A stretch of 37,427 bases of DNA from the IMG/VR virus record IMGVR_UViG_3300020045_016684, positions 1-37,427 of that record; one strand, written 5' to 3'. The stretch's first letter is position 1. The number at the start of each line of letters is the position of its first letter. The translations under genes and the position numbers were made by a program. Below are positions 21,307-33,151 of this stretch, piece after piece. A model generated the notes under the pieces. It saw nothing but the letters and a program-made list of their open reading frames with translations, had not been told where the DNA came from and searched no databases. Origin of the DNA: a virus (taxonomy: Duplodnaviria > Caudoviricetes).

Positions 21307-22197
21307 ATGATCTACAAAAAAGTAAAATATCGATGAGTATCTCTATGGGATTCTCAATACTCAGATCCAGTTACTCCATCGTATCTTGTTTTGCAAGATA
21401 TGGATATGCGAGTTGGTTATGATACCAAGAGTGAGTCGATATCGGTGTATCATGGGGAAAAGTGATATCTTACCACTGCAGGTGGTAGGACTTGGAAAGT
21501 CTCGTGAGTGATCGCTGAGACAGATCCAGCAAAACGACAAACCGCTATCGACTATCTCAAGTCTATTATTCGTCCAGAAGGTATACTATCCAACGATCCG
21601 AATCATAGAATAGAGTGGCAAGATTTCCAAGATCGTACATTTTGGGCGATGGCCCGAGTGAATAGCGAAGTTTCATTTTCGCATCAAGTACGATCTACAA
21701 TTATACAATTCTCATTTGAGCTATGGAGCGAGTCTCCTCAGTATTTTGGGAATACTCTCAATACCTATTCACTTACTCCTACTCAACAGGCTTTTTGATT
21801 ATTCTCTGGGGATAGTGATTGAGTTCACTTGGGATATATTCCAGATATTGGGAATCTTTCAGGATGATTCTCTATTACGAATGCTGGTAACTTCGAGGCT
21901 GGAGTGGAGATTACCGATGTATCATGACAAGATGGTGTATTTTATATCAACAATACCAATGGATTGAGATATGGAGTCAATGGGCTATCTATGCAACGAA
22001 TTATTGATACAAGAGTTCGTCCAACACTTGTAACGGATTATGGAGTGGATAACTCAAAAAATAGAATGAAAGGATCCACAGGATTCTTACTTTCTCCAGG
22101 AGTAAATTATGTTTCGGCTAATATAGCCAATTATGACTACGATAATCCGCCACCAGAAAACTCTATAACTCTAAAATGGTACGATACTTATATTTAA
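21307..22197 (+). CDS. Distal tail (Dit-like) protein
   Basis: Follows TMP; FSFELWSESPQYFG, LSPGVNYV, LKWYDTYI. Confidence 0.75.
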
Positions 22198-22198
22198 T

Positions 22199-23152
22199 AT
22201 GCAAAACCTCTACAACATAAAAATATACGATGGAATCTACTGAGACATAACAGCTCAGAGAGACGATTTTTCCAAAATATCTATCCAAAAAGATATTGCA
22301 GATATTTCTATAGCAACCATTACATCTCCAATATTCGAAGGACTCAAAAATCTTGATCGTATTGATATTTGCACTCTCGATGATACTGATACAGTCATTT
22401 TTAGTGGATTTGTGAAGAACATAAAAATAGACGATGAGACTATGGAGATTCCAGTAGTCGGGATGAAATCACTCCTGCAGAGAAAGTACCTCACCGCAGA
22501 TATTACAACAACATCATTCGATACTCTCATTAATACATTCCTATCACAATGGGCTGTTGTTGGAGAAACTCTTACTATAGAGAGACAAGAAGAGTTCACA
22601 ATCAAAAATGATACTCGAGCCAAGTGATCCAATATTTATGACATCCTCAACGAAGTATGCGGAACAACGTATGCCTTTGATTACGATATTTTGAATAGGA
22701 AAATAATAGTAAAAAAGACTCTCGGGAATGCTATAGAAAATGTCTATACCTATTCACAGTACCACATGGATAATAACATATCCAGTGTATCACTCGATCA
22801 GACTGAGAATATCCGTAATCTTTCTATGGTATTCGCCACTTGAGTAAATACAGTTATCGACTGAAATTCTGCAAGCAAGTATGGGATCCTATGAGTCGAC
22901 TCTACATCTACCGAATATATCGGAGTAACGAAAGAATTTTCACTTTCCATTAGTGATGATACTCTATCGGCTGGAGACTCTCTCACTATTGAGATACTCA
23001 GTGATTCATATCGTACCTACTATGGAACCGCCTATGTAGTTCGTGAGAGTATGCTCATAGAAAAATGATGAGTGAGTAAGGAACTAGAAATATCTACAAT
23101 AATATCAAAAGAAAAAACACTTTCTCAGCTAATAATTTCATTACAAAAATAA
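22199..23152 (+). CDS. Tal / baseplate hub-like protein
   Basis: 317 aa after Dit. Confidence 0.65.
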
Positions 23153-23153
23153 G

Positions 23154-23190
23154 TCCACTTATTCATTTTCTCAAATAGTCATAGTAATAT
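23154..23190 (+). promoter_or_regulatory. Putative late promoter, copy 6 (tail fibre)
   Basis: TCCACTTATT, with TAATAT starting 31 nt after the motif start. Confidence 0.6.
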
Positions 23191-23210
23191 CGTTTTTATA
23201 AAAAACAACT

Positions 23211-25118
23211 ATGGCTATTCGTGCTTGAAAAATCAATGGAAAAAATCTGAATTATATAGATCAAGATAATTCAGCTCTCGACTATGCACTCGTTAATAGT
23301 GGTATTATTGAGGGTATGCAAGTTAGTACATGACAAGTTTCTATTGGTCGTGCAATTCTCATCACAAAAAGAACAAGCATTACTCCAAATCAAAAATTTG
23401 GAATTCATTTAGAAATCACATCTACAGAAACAATTGATACTACTGGAACCAAGAAAGTATGGATTGCAGTAGATCCTCAGTATATAAATGTTGGAACTCT
23501 TGCAACAAATCCTATGGGTACTCAGCTTGCTAGTATTCAAACAGGGGCAAGTTATCCAGCAGATTCAGCATACTATATCCCCCTCGCCTCTATCACGAGT
23601 GGAACTATTACTGATGCAAGAACACTTATTTCCAAAAAAGCACTTCTATCAAAATGATACTGAGCAAATAAGCATAAAAGAATAAATCTTACAAGTGGAG
23701 ATGAGGAATTAAAAGATGTTAGTCTTGTAACAGTTCCAACTGCATGAGATATTATAAGGCTGGAAAAGTGAGATTGAAATTACGAAGATATTACCTATCC
23801 AAATTTTAAGGCTGATATTATTCAATCAGCAAGTCCAACTATTCAAGAAACTAATTTTGAGTCGATAATTGCTACTGGAGATATTGTAGGTCAGACTCCA
23901 GATTGAATATATAAAGTTCAACAAGAAGTGAAAACAAGTACTGCACTTGGTGGCACAAATACTTATTTGGATCATTGTTTTATATCAGCTGGAAAGTTCT
24001 TAGTTCTTTATGCAAGTGGATGAAATGTAAATGCTGTTGTAGCTACATTATCAAGTGGAGATGCTATGACATACGGAACTCCTGTCAGTCTATGAAGTGC
24101 TGCAACTCCTACTGGTAAGGTTGCACTCATAAATACAAATAAATTGATTGCAGTATTCGCTGCAACTGCATCAACTACAGCCACTCAAATTGTTATTACT
24201 ATTTCTTGAACATCAGTTACGGCAGGTACTGCACTTAATGAAACACAGGCTGCAAACTGTGTAATACGAGCAGTATGTAAGGTTAGAACAGATTGTTTTG
24301 CATATTGTTTTGGTGTAGGCATTCAACCATCAGGAATAAAAGTAAATACAGTAAGTGGAACAACAATTTCTGCTGGTACAGTTATTGCAACATTCAATTT
24401 TTGATTCAGTCAAGATACAGTTACTTGTGCATACCTATCAGATAATAAAATATCATTTTCAGAAGGTATTTCGGTTAATAATACTACAAATGTAAAAATA
24501 TATGCAATAACTGGATGAGGTACAACTGTTGCAACTACGTATACATGAAGTATATCAATTGCAACTGGATGAGGTTGTTATCATTCGAGATATTCAGATA
24601 CAGAAGTAGTTATTACTAATACTGCTAATACGGAACGGTCAATATTTACTATCCCTGGAGCTGGAACGACTCTCGTAAAAACAACTCTTACAGCCAATGC
24701 AGGTGCAAATTATAATACAATCCCATTATTCACGAATATATATGGAATAAATACAGGGTCTACAATACTCGTATATCAGAGAGATATACTAATTGGTACA
24801 ATAGCAAGTACTCCAGCATATAACACGCAAGGTATACAATATGATAATTGACGAATTATATTCTTCAATGGAACAACTCTTATCCCAACAATAGTAAATC
24901 TTGCAAGGATATTTTCAATTGGTGTAGCATTTAATGCTACCTGAACTTTTATGCCAAGCAGGCTTACATCACTAATAACAGGAATCATTAAATGATATAG
25001 GTATTATTCTCAATTAAATTGAACCATATCTAACTGAATTTGATCTACAAATACTGTAGATATGACGAAGTTCTTTGGTCGTTGAGTTCTCAATGACAAA
25101 ATAATGATAGAAGTATAA
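23211..25118 (+). CDS. Tail fibre / receptor-binding protein (635 aa)
   Basis: N-terminal YIPLASITSGTITDAR anchor; Thr/Ser/Gly-rich repeats (SGTSVTAGT, SGTTISAGT). Confidence 0.75.
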
Positions 25119-25145
25119 ATTTTTAATATCGGTAACTTATAATTT

Positions 25146-25433
25146 ATGTGAATGGAAGTAGCAAGTAGCATCATCAATGAAACAGGATCTGCAGTAACAA
25201 AAATAGGTGCAACAGAACGTACACTATTCGTATGAGTTATGATAGCATTCTTGATGTTTTCTGGATTCTTTATGTGGCTATCATCCGAGAGTCAAAGAGA
25301 GCAAAGAGATACTTTCTTAAATTCTATGGATCGTAGGGATGATAAGATGAGCGAATCACTCAATAAAGTTACTGATGCACTCAATAAGAATACTGAAGTA
25401 ATGATCGAAATTAAATCTCGAATTAAAAATTAA
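25146..25433 (+). CDS. Putative holin (single TM, BhlA/UviB-like layout)
   Basis: One TM (LFVGVMIAFLMFSGFFMWL) and a coiled-coil tail; starts ATG-TGA-ATG. Confidence 0.55.
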
Positions 25434-25434
25434 T

Positions 25435-25764
25435 ATGACCTGCTCTACTATTCAAAAAAGCATCTCGAAATTCAAGTGAAATACTCTTATTCGTTCTTTC
25501 GTTTTCAAGGACAAAAATGGTACTGCAATCAATCTAACTGGTTCAGTTATCAAGTTTTCAGTCAAGAAAAACGTATCAGATACGACTCATGTTCTCCAGG
25601 AGAATCTCGTTATTACTGATGCACTAAATGGGAAAGCATCAATATCGGTAGATCTTAGTATGGAAGTAGATGTCTATGTATATGACTTTCATTGGATCAA
25701 ATCCGATGGAAAAAAGGAAACGATCGAACTATGAAAACTCACTATTACTAACTGAGCCACCTAA
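25435..25764 (+). CDS. BppU-like Ig-fold virion protein
   Basis: KDKNGTAINLTGSVIKFSVK..TDALNGK..YVYDF. Confidence 0.75.
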
Positions 25765-26123
25765 TGGAAACCCCTATCATACTCATTGAAGAGACTACTA
25801 TAGTCACTATAGATGAGGAAATCACATCAATTACGATTGAAGAGACTACCACAGTGATCGAATCGCAAGCAGAACAAGGGCCATCTTGACCAAAGTGAGA
25901 TCCTTGAGACGGAATATCTGTAGAGTGAGAAACCCCAACCGGTGTAATAGATTGAATCAATACAAATTACGCTCTCGAACATACTCCAAGTAACTGAGTA
26001 AGACTCTATGTGAATGGAATGAGGCAAAAAGAACCAGGCGACTACACCTTATCATCCAACATTATCACTTTTATTTCCCCACTCATTCCGTGAGATATTC
26101 TTCTTGCAGATTATAACTACTAA
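25764..26123 (+). CDS. Fibre protein with short collagen repeat
   Basis: GPS-GPK-GDP-GDG (three Gly are TGA); ETPTGVIDGINT..LYVNGMRQ..DY domain. Confidence 0.8.
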
Positions 26124-26134
26124 CCTTTCATTTT

Positions 26135-26839
26135 ATGACAACTCGTATTCGACGATGACAAATACAAGACGGTGCTATAGATAACTCCAAGCAGAGTTTC
26201 GGGACTCCTTCTGCTGGAACTGATGCTGTCATTCTTAGCTATCTACAATCCTACGTGGCTGATGCTATCGGTGCATCCAATCTCAAGGATGCTGTTCGTG
26301 TAGCAACTACTGCCAATGGAGCAATTGCAACAGCATATGCCAATGGTCAAACAGTCGATGGAATCACTCTCGTTACTGGGGATCGTATTCTCCTAAAAAA
26401 TCAATCAACAGGCTCTGAAAATGGTATTTATACCGTGAATGCCTCAGGTGCTCCAACTCGTGCTAGTGATGCAGATAGTGCGACAGATATTGCTGATACA
26501 GTGGTATATGTTTCTCAAGGAACTGCAAATGCTGATACAGGGTGGAAACTTGTAACTGACTCAATTGTACTCGGTACAACAGCCCTTGTATTCACTCCAC
26601 TTACTGTATCAAGCCTGACAAGTGGAAACTTCTCTATTAATGAAACTCCTGCTGGTGCAATTAATGGATCAAATACTGCCTTCACTACTGGAAATGCTCC
26701 AGTAGCAGGAACTGTACAAGTATTCTTGAATGGATTACTCCAGACTGCCACCGATGACTACAACATATCAGGATCAAATATTACCTATACCACCGCTCCG
26801 ATTGTTGGTGATGTACTTCGTGTATCTTACATTAAATAA
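26135..26839 (+). CDS. Head or tail decoration fibre protein
   Basis: KDAVRVATTAN..DGITLVTGDRILLKNQSTGSENGIY; C-terminal ETPAGAINGSNT..VFLNGLLQ..DY domain. Confidence 0.8.
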
Positions 26840-26841
26840 TT

Positions 26842-26970
26842 ATGTCTACTCAACTCGACTGACGACAAATAAAGGATGATTCTATACCTGCTTCCAAGAT
26901 TATTTGATGAGTTGGTTGAGGTTCTGGAATATCAGAAGATCTTGCCATTGCATATTCAGTAAGCCTATAG
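26842..26970 (+). CDS. Small virion protein (42 aa)
   Basis: MSTQLDGRQIKD...SEDLAIAYSVSL. Confidence 0.6.
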
Positions 26971-26971
26971 T

Positions 26972-27493
26972 ATGAAAACAATTCCTATAACATATCAGTT
27001 CGACGCTTCATTAAAAACTGTCACGTGTACGGATTTTTCTGCTATAGAAAAAATTGCGATTATCACAAATCTCACAACAGGAGAAATGATATATCAGTTC
27101 AACAACCCTTTGAAATCTGGAACACTCACAGAAAATACTCTCACACTTGTATACGACACTACCACGATGAGTGATACGGATGAATTGCAGATAATCATAC
27201 ATGGGAAACTTCCAGAGTCTGATACTGGTAGAATTCTTGTAGAAGATGAAGTATCGGTACTACTCAAGGCGATTCTCACAACTCTACAAATGCCGAGAAA
27301 TGCCGATACCTGGACGAACTCTGATCGAGTAAATATCGTTGCAGGATGAGTAAACATAAATGCTAATCAAACTCTTGCAACACTCACAACCCTTGGAACG
27401 ATACAAAATTTCAACTGACAACAAGCACATATTATGAGTGTAGCAAGTGAGATAAATGCTTGGTATAACGGACAACGTTCAACTATTTCTTAA
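26972..27493 (+). CDS. Virion structural protein
   Basis: YQFDASLKTVT..IITNLTTGEMIYQFNNP..LTLVYDTTTMSDTDELQI. Confidence 0.75.
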
Positions 27494-27506
27494 TTATTTT
27501 TTTTAT

Positions 27507-27812
27507 ATGGATCAAGAATTTGATAAAGTGGAAGCTTACGCTTATGAAAAAATACTTCCAGATGGAAGTAAACAAAATGCATCACTCATCATTAGGAGTC
27601 GTGTAGTAGCATTTACTGATGATAGTGAGGTAAATAATCCAACAGGAGATGAATCAGCATATTTCTATGGAATATCTATAGATGGTGTTCGTGAGCAACT
27701 CACAACCTTCCAGCCTTGAGAGGAAGGATTCAAGCCAATGACGAAAGAGGAGGCTAAAAAATTCTTGCAAGACGACATAGATCAAACACTTCTTAATTAC
27801 TGAATTCAATAA
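27507..27812 (+). CDS. Hypothetical protein
   Basis: 101 aa under code 25. Confidence 0.7.
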
Positions 27813-27813
27813 T

Positions 27814-29436
27814 ATGGCTAATAATTTCGTCAAATGACTTGATCTACTTATGTGGAGACCTACACAACGTGATATGAATAATGCACATGGTGCAGGAGTT
27901 TCTTGGTGTTCTGATAAAAGATCAGATATATCAAGAAATCCATTCTTGTATCAATTGTTTTCTAATACTGTACTTAATCGATGGAATATTGTCACAAAGT
28001 GACAATGACAGGCTACAAATCCTGGTCTTGGTGGTACTTTTGGTGCTGGTGCAACCAGTGAATTTGCTCCATCACGAGCACTTGAAGGAAATATTACTAC
28101 TGGATGTACTGATACGAAAATAGTTACAAGTACTGTTATTACAGCGATAGGAACAAATATGCTGGCGAATCGATGAGGTAGTGGGGATTACGGGTATAAA
28201 ATCCGAATCATCGGAAAAACAGCAGGAAAAATTGAAGAGCGTTTTATCATCGGAAATACTGGCGGAACAACTCCGACTGTATGGCTTGATAAGCCTCTCA
28301 CATTTACTCCAACAACTGGTGATACTTATGAGATTCTTGGTGGTGCTGTATATATGCTTGGTGCAGGAGTAATTGCAGCAACTTCTTTTCGTTCGATGGA
28401 AGTGGCCGCTAATGCAGTCACATCACTATCAAATACAAATCTTCCAGGAACAATCTCTACAGATTCTTATATGACTGCTCTCGATGAGCAATACACGCCA
28501 TATAATATAGAACCTTGATGTGGAATGATTCTTGGAACATTTCTCTATGATGATGGAACTGTAACGGATAGATATGCTCTCGTTGCTACTGGTAGTGGTG
28601 CATCATCACTCACGGGACAAGTATCTCTCGGTGATGCTGTAATCATTGCGAATGAATATAGAAATTTTCAAATTCGAGTGGTTCAAGATACAACAACTCC
28701 GTCAGCAGTATGACAACGAAGAATTATCGCATCTCATACCGCTTGACCATCTCCAGTCTATACACTGGGTACAGCTTGGACAGTTACTCCATCTACAACT
28801 GCAAAATATGTAATTGAGATGCCAAATCTTCTATTACTCCGATCAACAGCCACTGCAACTCTATATGTATACAACTACAATAAGGAGACCATCAACAATG
28901 GAACAAATAACATTGTTGCTAATGCTTGGAGTACAGCATATTTTGGCACTCCGTCAGGTGCTGTTGGTGCTGGATGTATGATTGCACCATCATTTGGAAT
29001 TCAACCAGATATTGGAAGAAATGCCAGACATTCAGTAATCTATTTTTTCCGTGGTGCCAATGGAACGGTAGTCGACACTCTTGATATTGCTGGTGCGATT
29101 GCTGGAACTTGGGCATCCACAATCTTATATGATGGAAACCAGATTGCATTCAATACTGGTGCCTGTGGTGATTATGCTCCTTGCGACAATGAAGGACGTA
29201 TGTTCTATATTAATGCCTACGTCGCATCTATCAATAATCAGATCTATCGATTCGATGTACAAAATAGAGTACTAAGTCCATATACTCCGACTGCAATGCT
29301 ACAATCTGGAACTGCAGCAGTATGAAATCGTATCGCTACCTATGCAGTCATAAAAAGCACAACCGAAAAATACACGTCATTATTTCTGCAGGCACATCTT
29401 GCTTCGTCTGCATACGAAATAATAACTCAGATATAG
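27814..29436 (+). CDS. Large beta-rich virion protein (540 aa), possible second adhesin
   Basis: Joins ORF-track pieces 28525-28713 and 28819-29325; propeller-like repeats. Confidence 0.78.
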
Positions 29437-29438
29437 CT

Positions 29439-29795
29439 ATGCAAAACCTCTCTAAAATCGCCACATTCTTAGAAATGGAAGAAATAGCTAATTGATGTGG
29501 TGGCAAGACAGGTTTTCGTTTTGAAACAGTTATTGAGGTATTAAAACAGCTCCCATACTTCGATCACATAAAGTGAGAGGATCTATGGGTAAAACTTCGG
29601 TCACTCTGTGCTATTCATGATATGCTCTATGATCTCGGTGGAAATTGGGTGCATAGGCTCGTTGCGGATGTATGGTTTGTTACTCAAGTATTCGATCTTT
29701 TCTCCTGGATTGATTGGAAGTATCGGTGGAGTTTCTGTATATCAATACACATAGGTGTGAGAAGATGCTGAAGGGAATATTTTAATTATTGCTAA
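29439..29795 (+). CDS. Phospholipase A2-like / DUF1353-like protein
   Basis: NGCGG...CAIHDMLYDLGG...RLVADVWF. Confidence 0.72.
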
Positions 29796-29805
29796 CATTC
29801 GCACT

Positions 29806-29994
29806 ATGGAAAAATACAATAAAGAGCCAGAGGAAAAGCCTCAACACATCGCACACTATCAAACATCGCTTCGAAGAGAAACGATCCATAGAATTATCGA
29901 AAAGGAACAACTCTCAGAACTCGAAGTATGAAGAACTCCGATATGCACACAATACCTATCTCCAATAGAAGTACTTCATAATATCTGATTTTAA
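29806..29994 (+). CDS. Hypothetical protein
   Basis: 62 aa, tightly packed between neighbours. Confidence 0.5.
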
Positions 29995-29997
29995 TAT

Positions 29998-30183
29998 ATG
30001 GATAATCGTTGTACTGGAATCACATATGTAGATGGTAAGAAAGAAATTCTCTATACAAGGCAAGCACCAGTTAGAGAATGAATCGCTGAAGTTACTTATC
30101 CTGAACTTACTAGCGAGCAAGTCCAAGAGATAATTGATGCGAAGATAAAAAGAGTCCAGGAATTACTCTCTAAACATTTCTAA
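29998..30183 (+). CDS. Hypothetical protein
   Basis: 61 aa, tightly packed between neighbours. Confidence 0.55.
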
Positions 30184-30184
30184 T

Positions 30185-30385
30185 ATGAAAATAGAAATCC
30201 CAGACAAAATTGTGGAAGAGATAATGGAATCTAATTTCATTACTTCTCGATGAGATATACAAACAGCAGAGGCAAGGGCTGAATATTCTCGTAGACTTCA
30301 GTCGCATTACTCTGAAATAATCGGTGCAATAGTCCTAAAAATGATTATTTCTCACGGGATGCTCCCAACTCAATCTAACTATTAA
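30185..30385 (+). CDS. Hypothetical protein
   Basis: 66 aa, tightly packed between neighbours. Confidence 0.55.
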
Positions 30386-30557
30386 TCTGATTAAAAATGA
30401 TTGCATCACAACCATCACAATACAAACCACTCAATGTACATTGACCTCGAAGACTCTCAAAACGTCATCGATGAAATCCAAAAGGTGGAGAAATGAATCC
30501 TAAGGAATTCAGATACTACGAAGCACGAGATATGATTATTCCTAATATTCTATAGGT

Positions 30558-31028
30558 ATGATATTTAATCAATGAAAATTTCCAGAGTGTAAATGATATG
30601 GTTTTTTGACAGCAATATCTATACATAATCCAAGTGTTGATCCAGCACCAATTATAAGCGCAATCAATGAAGACTATAGATGACTCATTACAAATCGTAA
30701 TGCTTGAGAATTTTTTAAATCTCGTTGATTCATTAAAGACTATGAGGTAGTTCCAAGACTCAAGGCAAAGGCTCTCCTGAATCGTTGAATCCCTCTCATA
30801 GCCAATATCTCGTGAGTTGATTGGAAGGCTACAGCAAAGCCACCATATAGGGCGGTATTTGATAGGCATATAGGCTCGCATAACTGTACTCTTGTAGACT
30901 ATGATAAGTATACAAGACTCATAAAAGTAGATAATACATACTGAGAAGAGTGGTGAGACAAATGATCATACTACTTACACGCTGATGATCTCGATAAGGT
31001 AACAGAATTTTGCAAAATAATTTTATAA
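30558..31028 (+). CDS. Papain-like (C1) cysteine peptidase
   Basis: NQGKFPECKGY (Q, C)..GSHNCTLVDYD (H)..DNTYGEEWGDKGSYY (N). Confidence 0.82.
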
Positions 31029-31031
31029 AAT

Positions 31032-31436
31032 ATGCTTCATAGAGAATTCAATAAAACATACATCTGACAACCATATAAAGAGCCTTGAATGGATACTATA
31101 GAATGTGTGGGTCTACCAAAACTCTATTGTCGTAAATTATGATTTCCAATTGGAGCATTTGGATGATCTGCAATAAATGGGTGGGAGACTGGTTGTCCTT
31201 TTGATGACAAGTGGAAACGAGTAGAGTATAAGCCTTGACTCTATCCACCACAATGAGCGATACTTTTTTGGAGTGAAAAACGATGCAAATATGGGCATAC
31301 TTGAGTTTCCAACAAGTTCTGTAATGCAAATGTACTCAGATATATTGATAGTAATGGAACAGGCCATAGGGACGTAATAACAGCAAGATTTACGGATTAC
31401 AAAAATTTCCTTGGTTGGTTTGAGCGTATTCGCTAG
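31032..31436 (+). CDS. CHAP-domain amidase/endopeptidase (endolysin candidate)
   Basis: ECVGLPKLY..GSAINGW..PPQGAILFW..YGHTGV..DSNG..FLGWF. Confidence 0.85.
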
Positions 31437-32347
31437 TTGAGTTTTTGCATCTCATCAATTTGATCTTTGAGTCATAAATGGAAATAGATTGCCGTAGTGG
31501 TTATCTGTGAATGTCACATAGCCTGTTGGATCGAGTAGATATTCACTCACTTTTTTACACAAAGTGAAGCATATGAATGTCTGAGTAAGTGCGGATGAAC
31601 ATTCATACCAAGAGTACGAGAAATTCGGTTGAAAACGTCGGAAATAGCCCGAGATTGTAACTCTCAACCATAAGCATCACAAAAGACTGTCTCTCCAGGC
31701 AGTTTTTTTCTAATCTCGAACCATCCTTGCAATGTGTCCTGGAGTTTTTTAGGGAGTGGGATAATTCTATCTTTCTGGCCCTTCCCTTCTCTGATTATCA
31801 AATGATCCTTCTTACAGTCATCTATTCGTAGATTTGCCACTTCTTTTCGTCTCATGCCACTATACACCATCGCTTCTATCATGACATAGTTCCTCATATT
31901 GTAGAACTTATTATAGGTATTGTATGTCATAAGTGCAGTATAGAGCCTTTCTAGTGATTCCTCATCCATTGATTTTGGTATAGCCTTTGCAAGTTTTGGC
32001 TTCTTGAATTTGGTAATATGAACGTCCTGGATCACTTCTATAGATTTCAAAAAATCAGTATATTTTTTTATTGATATGTGATACTTTGATCTTGTTGAAT
32101 TGCTGAGGTTAGCATGCTTTCACTCGAAAAGTGAGAGATACCCAAATTTGAGCTTGATAATATTTCCAAAATCACTTGGGCCATCGAAGCTACAATTCCG
32201 AATGAAAAGGTAAATGAAAGAATTATAGAATTTCATTGTATCTGGAGTAAGACCCTCACTCTTCATTTGCAGTACAAATTCTGCAAGATAATAATTTTTT
32301 ACAATATTCTCTGGGATATTATGGAGCGGATCAACAGCTTTTTGCAT
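31433..32347 (-). CDS. int: Tyrosine integrase
   Basis: SGMRRKE (R), GKGQKDR (K), HPHLLRHSYA (HxxR), MGHSQITTTAIY (H, Y); 304 aa under code 25. Confidence 0.95.
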
Positions 32348-32490
32348 ACGAAAAAAAGGATTTAATGAATAAATCCTGATTAATCGAGAATAAAGTATTT
32401 TTGTTCTACCAACACATAGACGACTTGGAATATACGTTGTGTATATTTTTTGCGTATGTGACTCCGTTGTTTTCCGCATTGTAATACGGA

Positions 32491-32537
32491 TGGTGGCGAG
32501 ACCCGGACTTGAACCGGGGACACATAGATTTTCAGTC
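32491..32537 (-). mobile_element. attP core: 3' part of tRNA-Phe(GAA)
   Basis: Reverse complement GACTGAAAATCTATGTGTCCCCGGTTCAAGTCCGGGTCTCGCCACCA has the anticodon loop, T-arm and CCA; it lies just upstream of int and the 5' half is absent. Confidence 0.9.
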
Positions 32538-32606
32538 GTTGTTGTGGTAGATTTACTTTAGTAATCCTTTATTAATCAGGATATTTGTATTTATTGATAT
32601 TTTTCG

Positions 32607-32708
32607 CTATTCCCTACTAGACACATAGACATTTATTGCATTTCTTATTGGAACCATAATAAGCCAGCCTAATAACATTCCGAGAATGAGTGAGATTGCA
32701 TTTATCAT
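32607..32708 (-). CDS. Small membrane peptide (33 aa)
   Basis: MINAISLILGMLLGWLIMVPIRNAINVYVSSRE. Confidence 0.45.
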   Translation of the reverse strand: MINAISLILGMLLGWLIMVPIRNAINVYVSSRE

Positions 32709-32718
32709 TTTTGTAAAA

Positions 32719-33084
32719 TTATTGGTAAATACACTGACAGGATCTCTCTATCATATCACGAGTTGCAGAGGGAAAAAACAATCGGATCTCATCGATCGTA
32801 GTAAATCCATCTTCTATAACTTTTTTGAGTTTTCATTTTGGAACCAACATCTCACAAGCAATCTCTTCTGCTCGTTGCTCGGAGTACTTGTTATCTTCCC
32901 CACACGAATCATCTATACAATGTCATATCTCGTGAGCTAGAATCCTCTCCTTATCGAATCCAGTGAGTGAAGTACATATTCCTATGCACCATGTATCTCA
33001 CTTTCTCATACTCGCACCAAGTATCTTACTACAAAAATTAACAGAACGAACAATGGTATTATCTGGGATATGCAGTTTAAACAT
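32719..33084 (-). CDS. ImmA/IrrE family metallo-endopeptidase
   Basis: ERILAHEIGH (HExxH)..EQRAEEIACEMLVP. Confidence 0.88.
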
Positions 33085-33151
33085 ATTTTTTGGATAGAAA
33101 TAATCCTGAGTATACAACCAATTATTAATTTTTTATTAATTCTTGAGAGAT

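Noticed and set aside
23211-29436. Diversity-generating retroelement or invertible fibre cassette
   Set aside because: No reverse transcriptase, invertase or TR/VR repeat pair was seen.
30397-30568. Small gene before the C1 peptidase
   Set aside because: Two overlapping frames (starts 30397 and 30434) are equally plausible, so none is called.
32491-32537. Functional tRNA-Phe gene
   Set aside because: The 5' acceptor strand and D-arm are missing; its position beside int fits attP.
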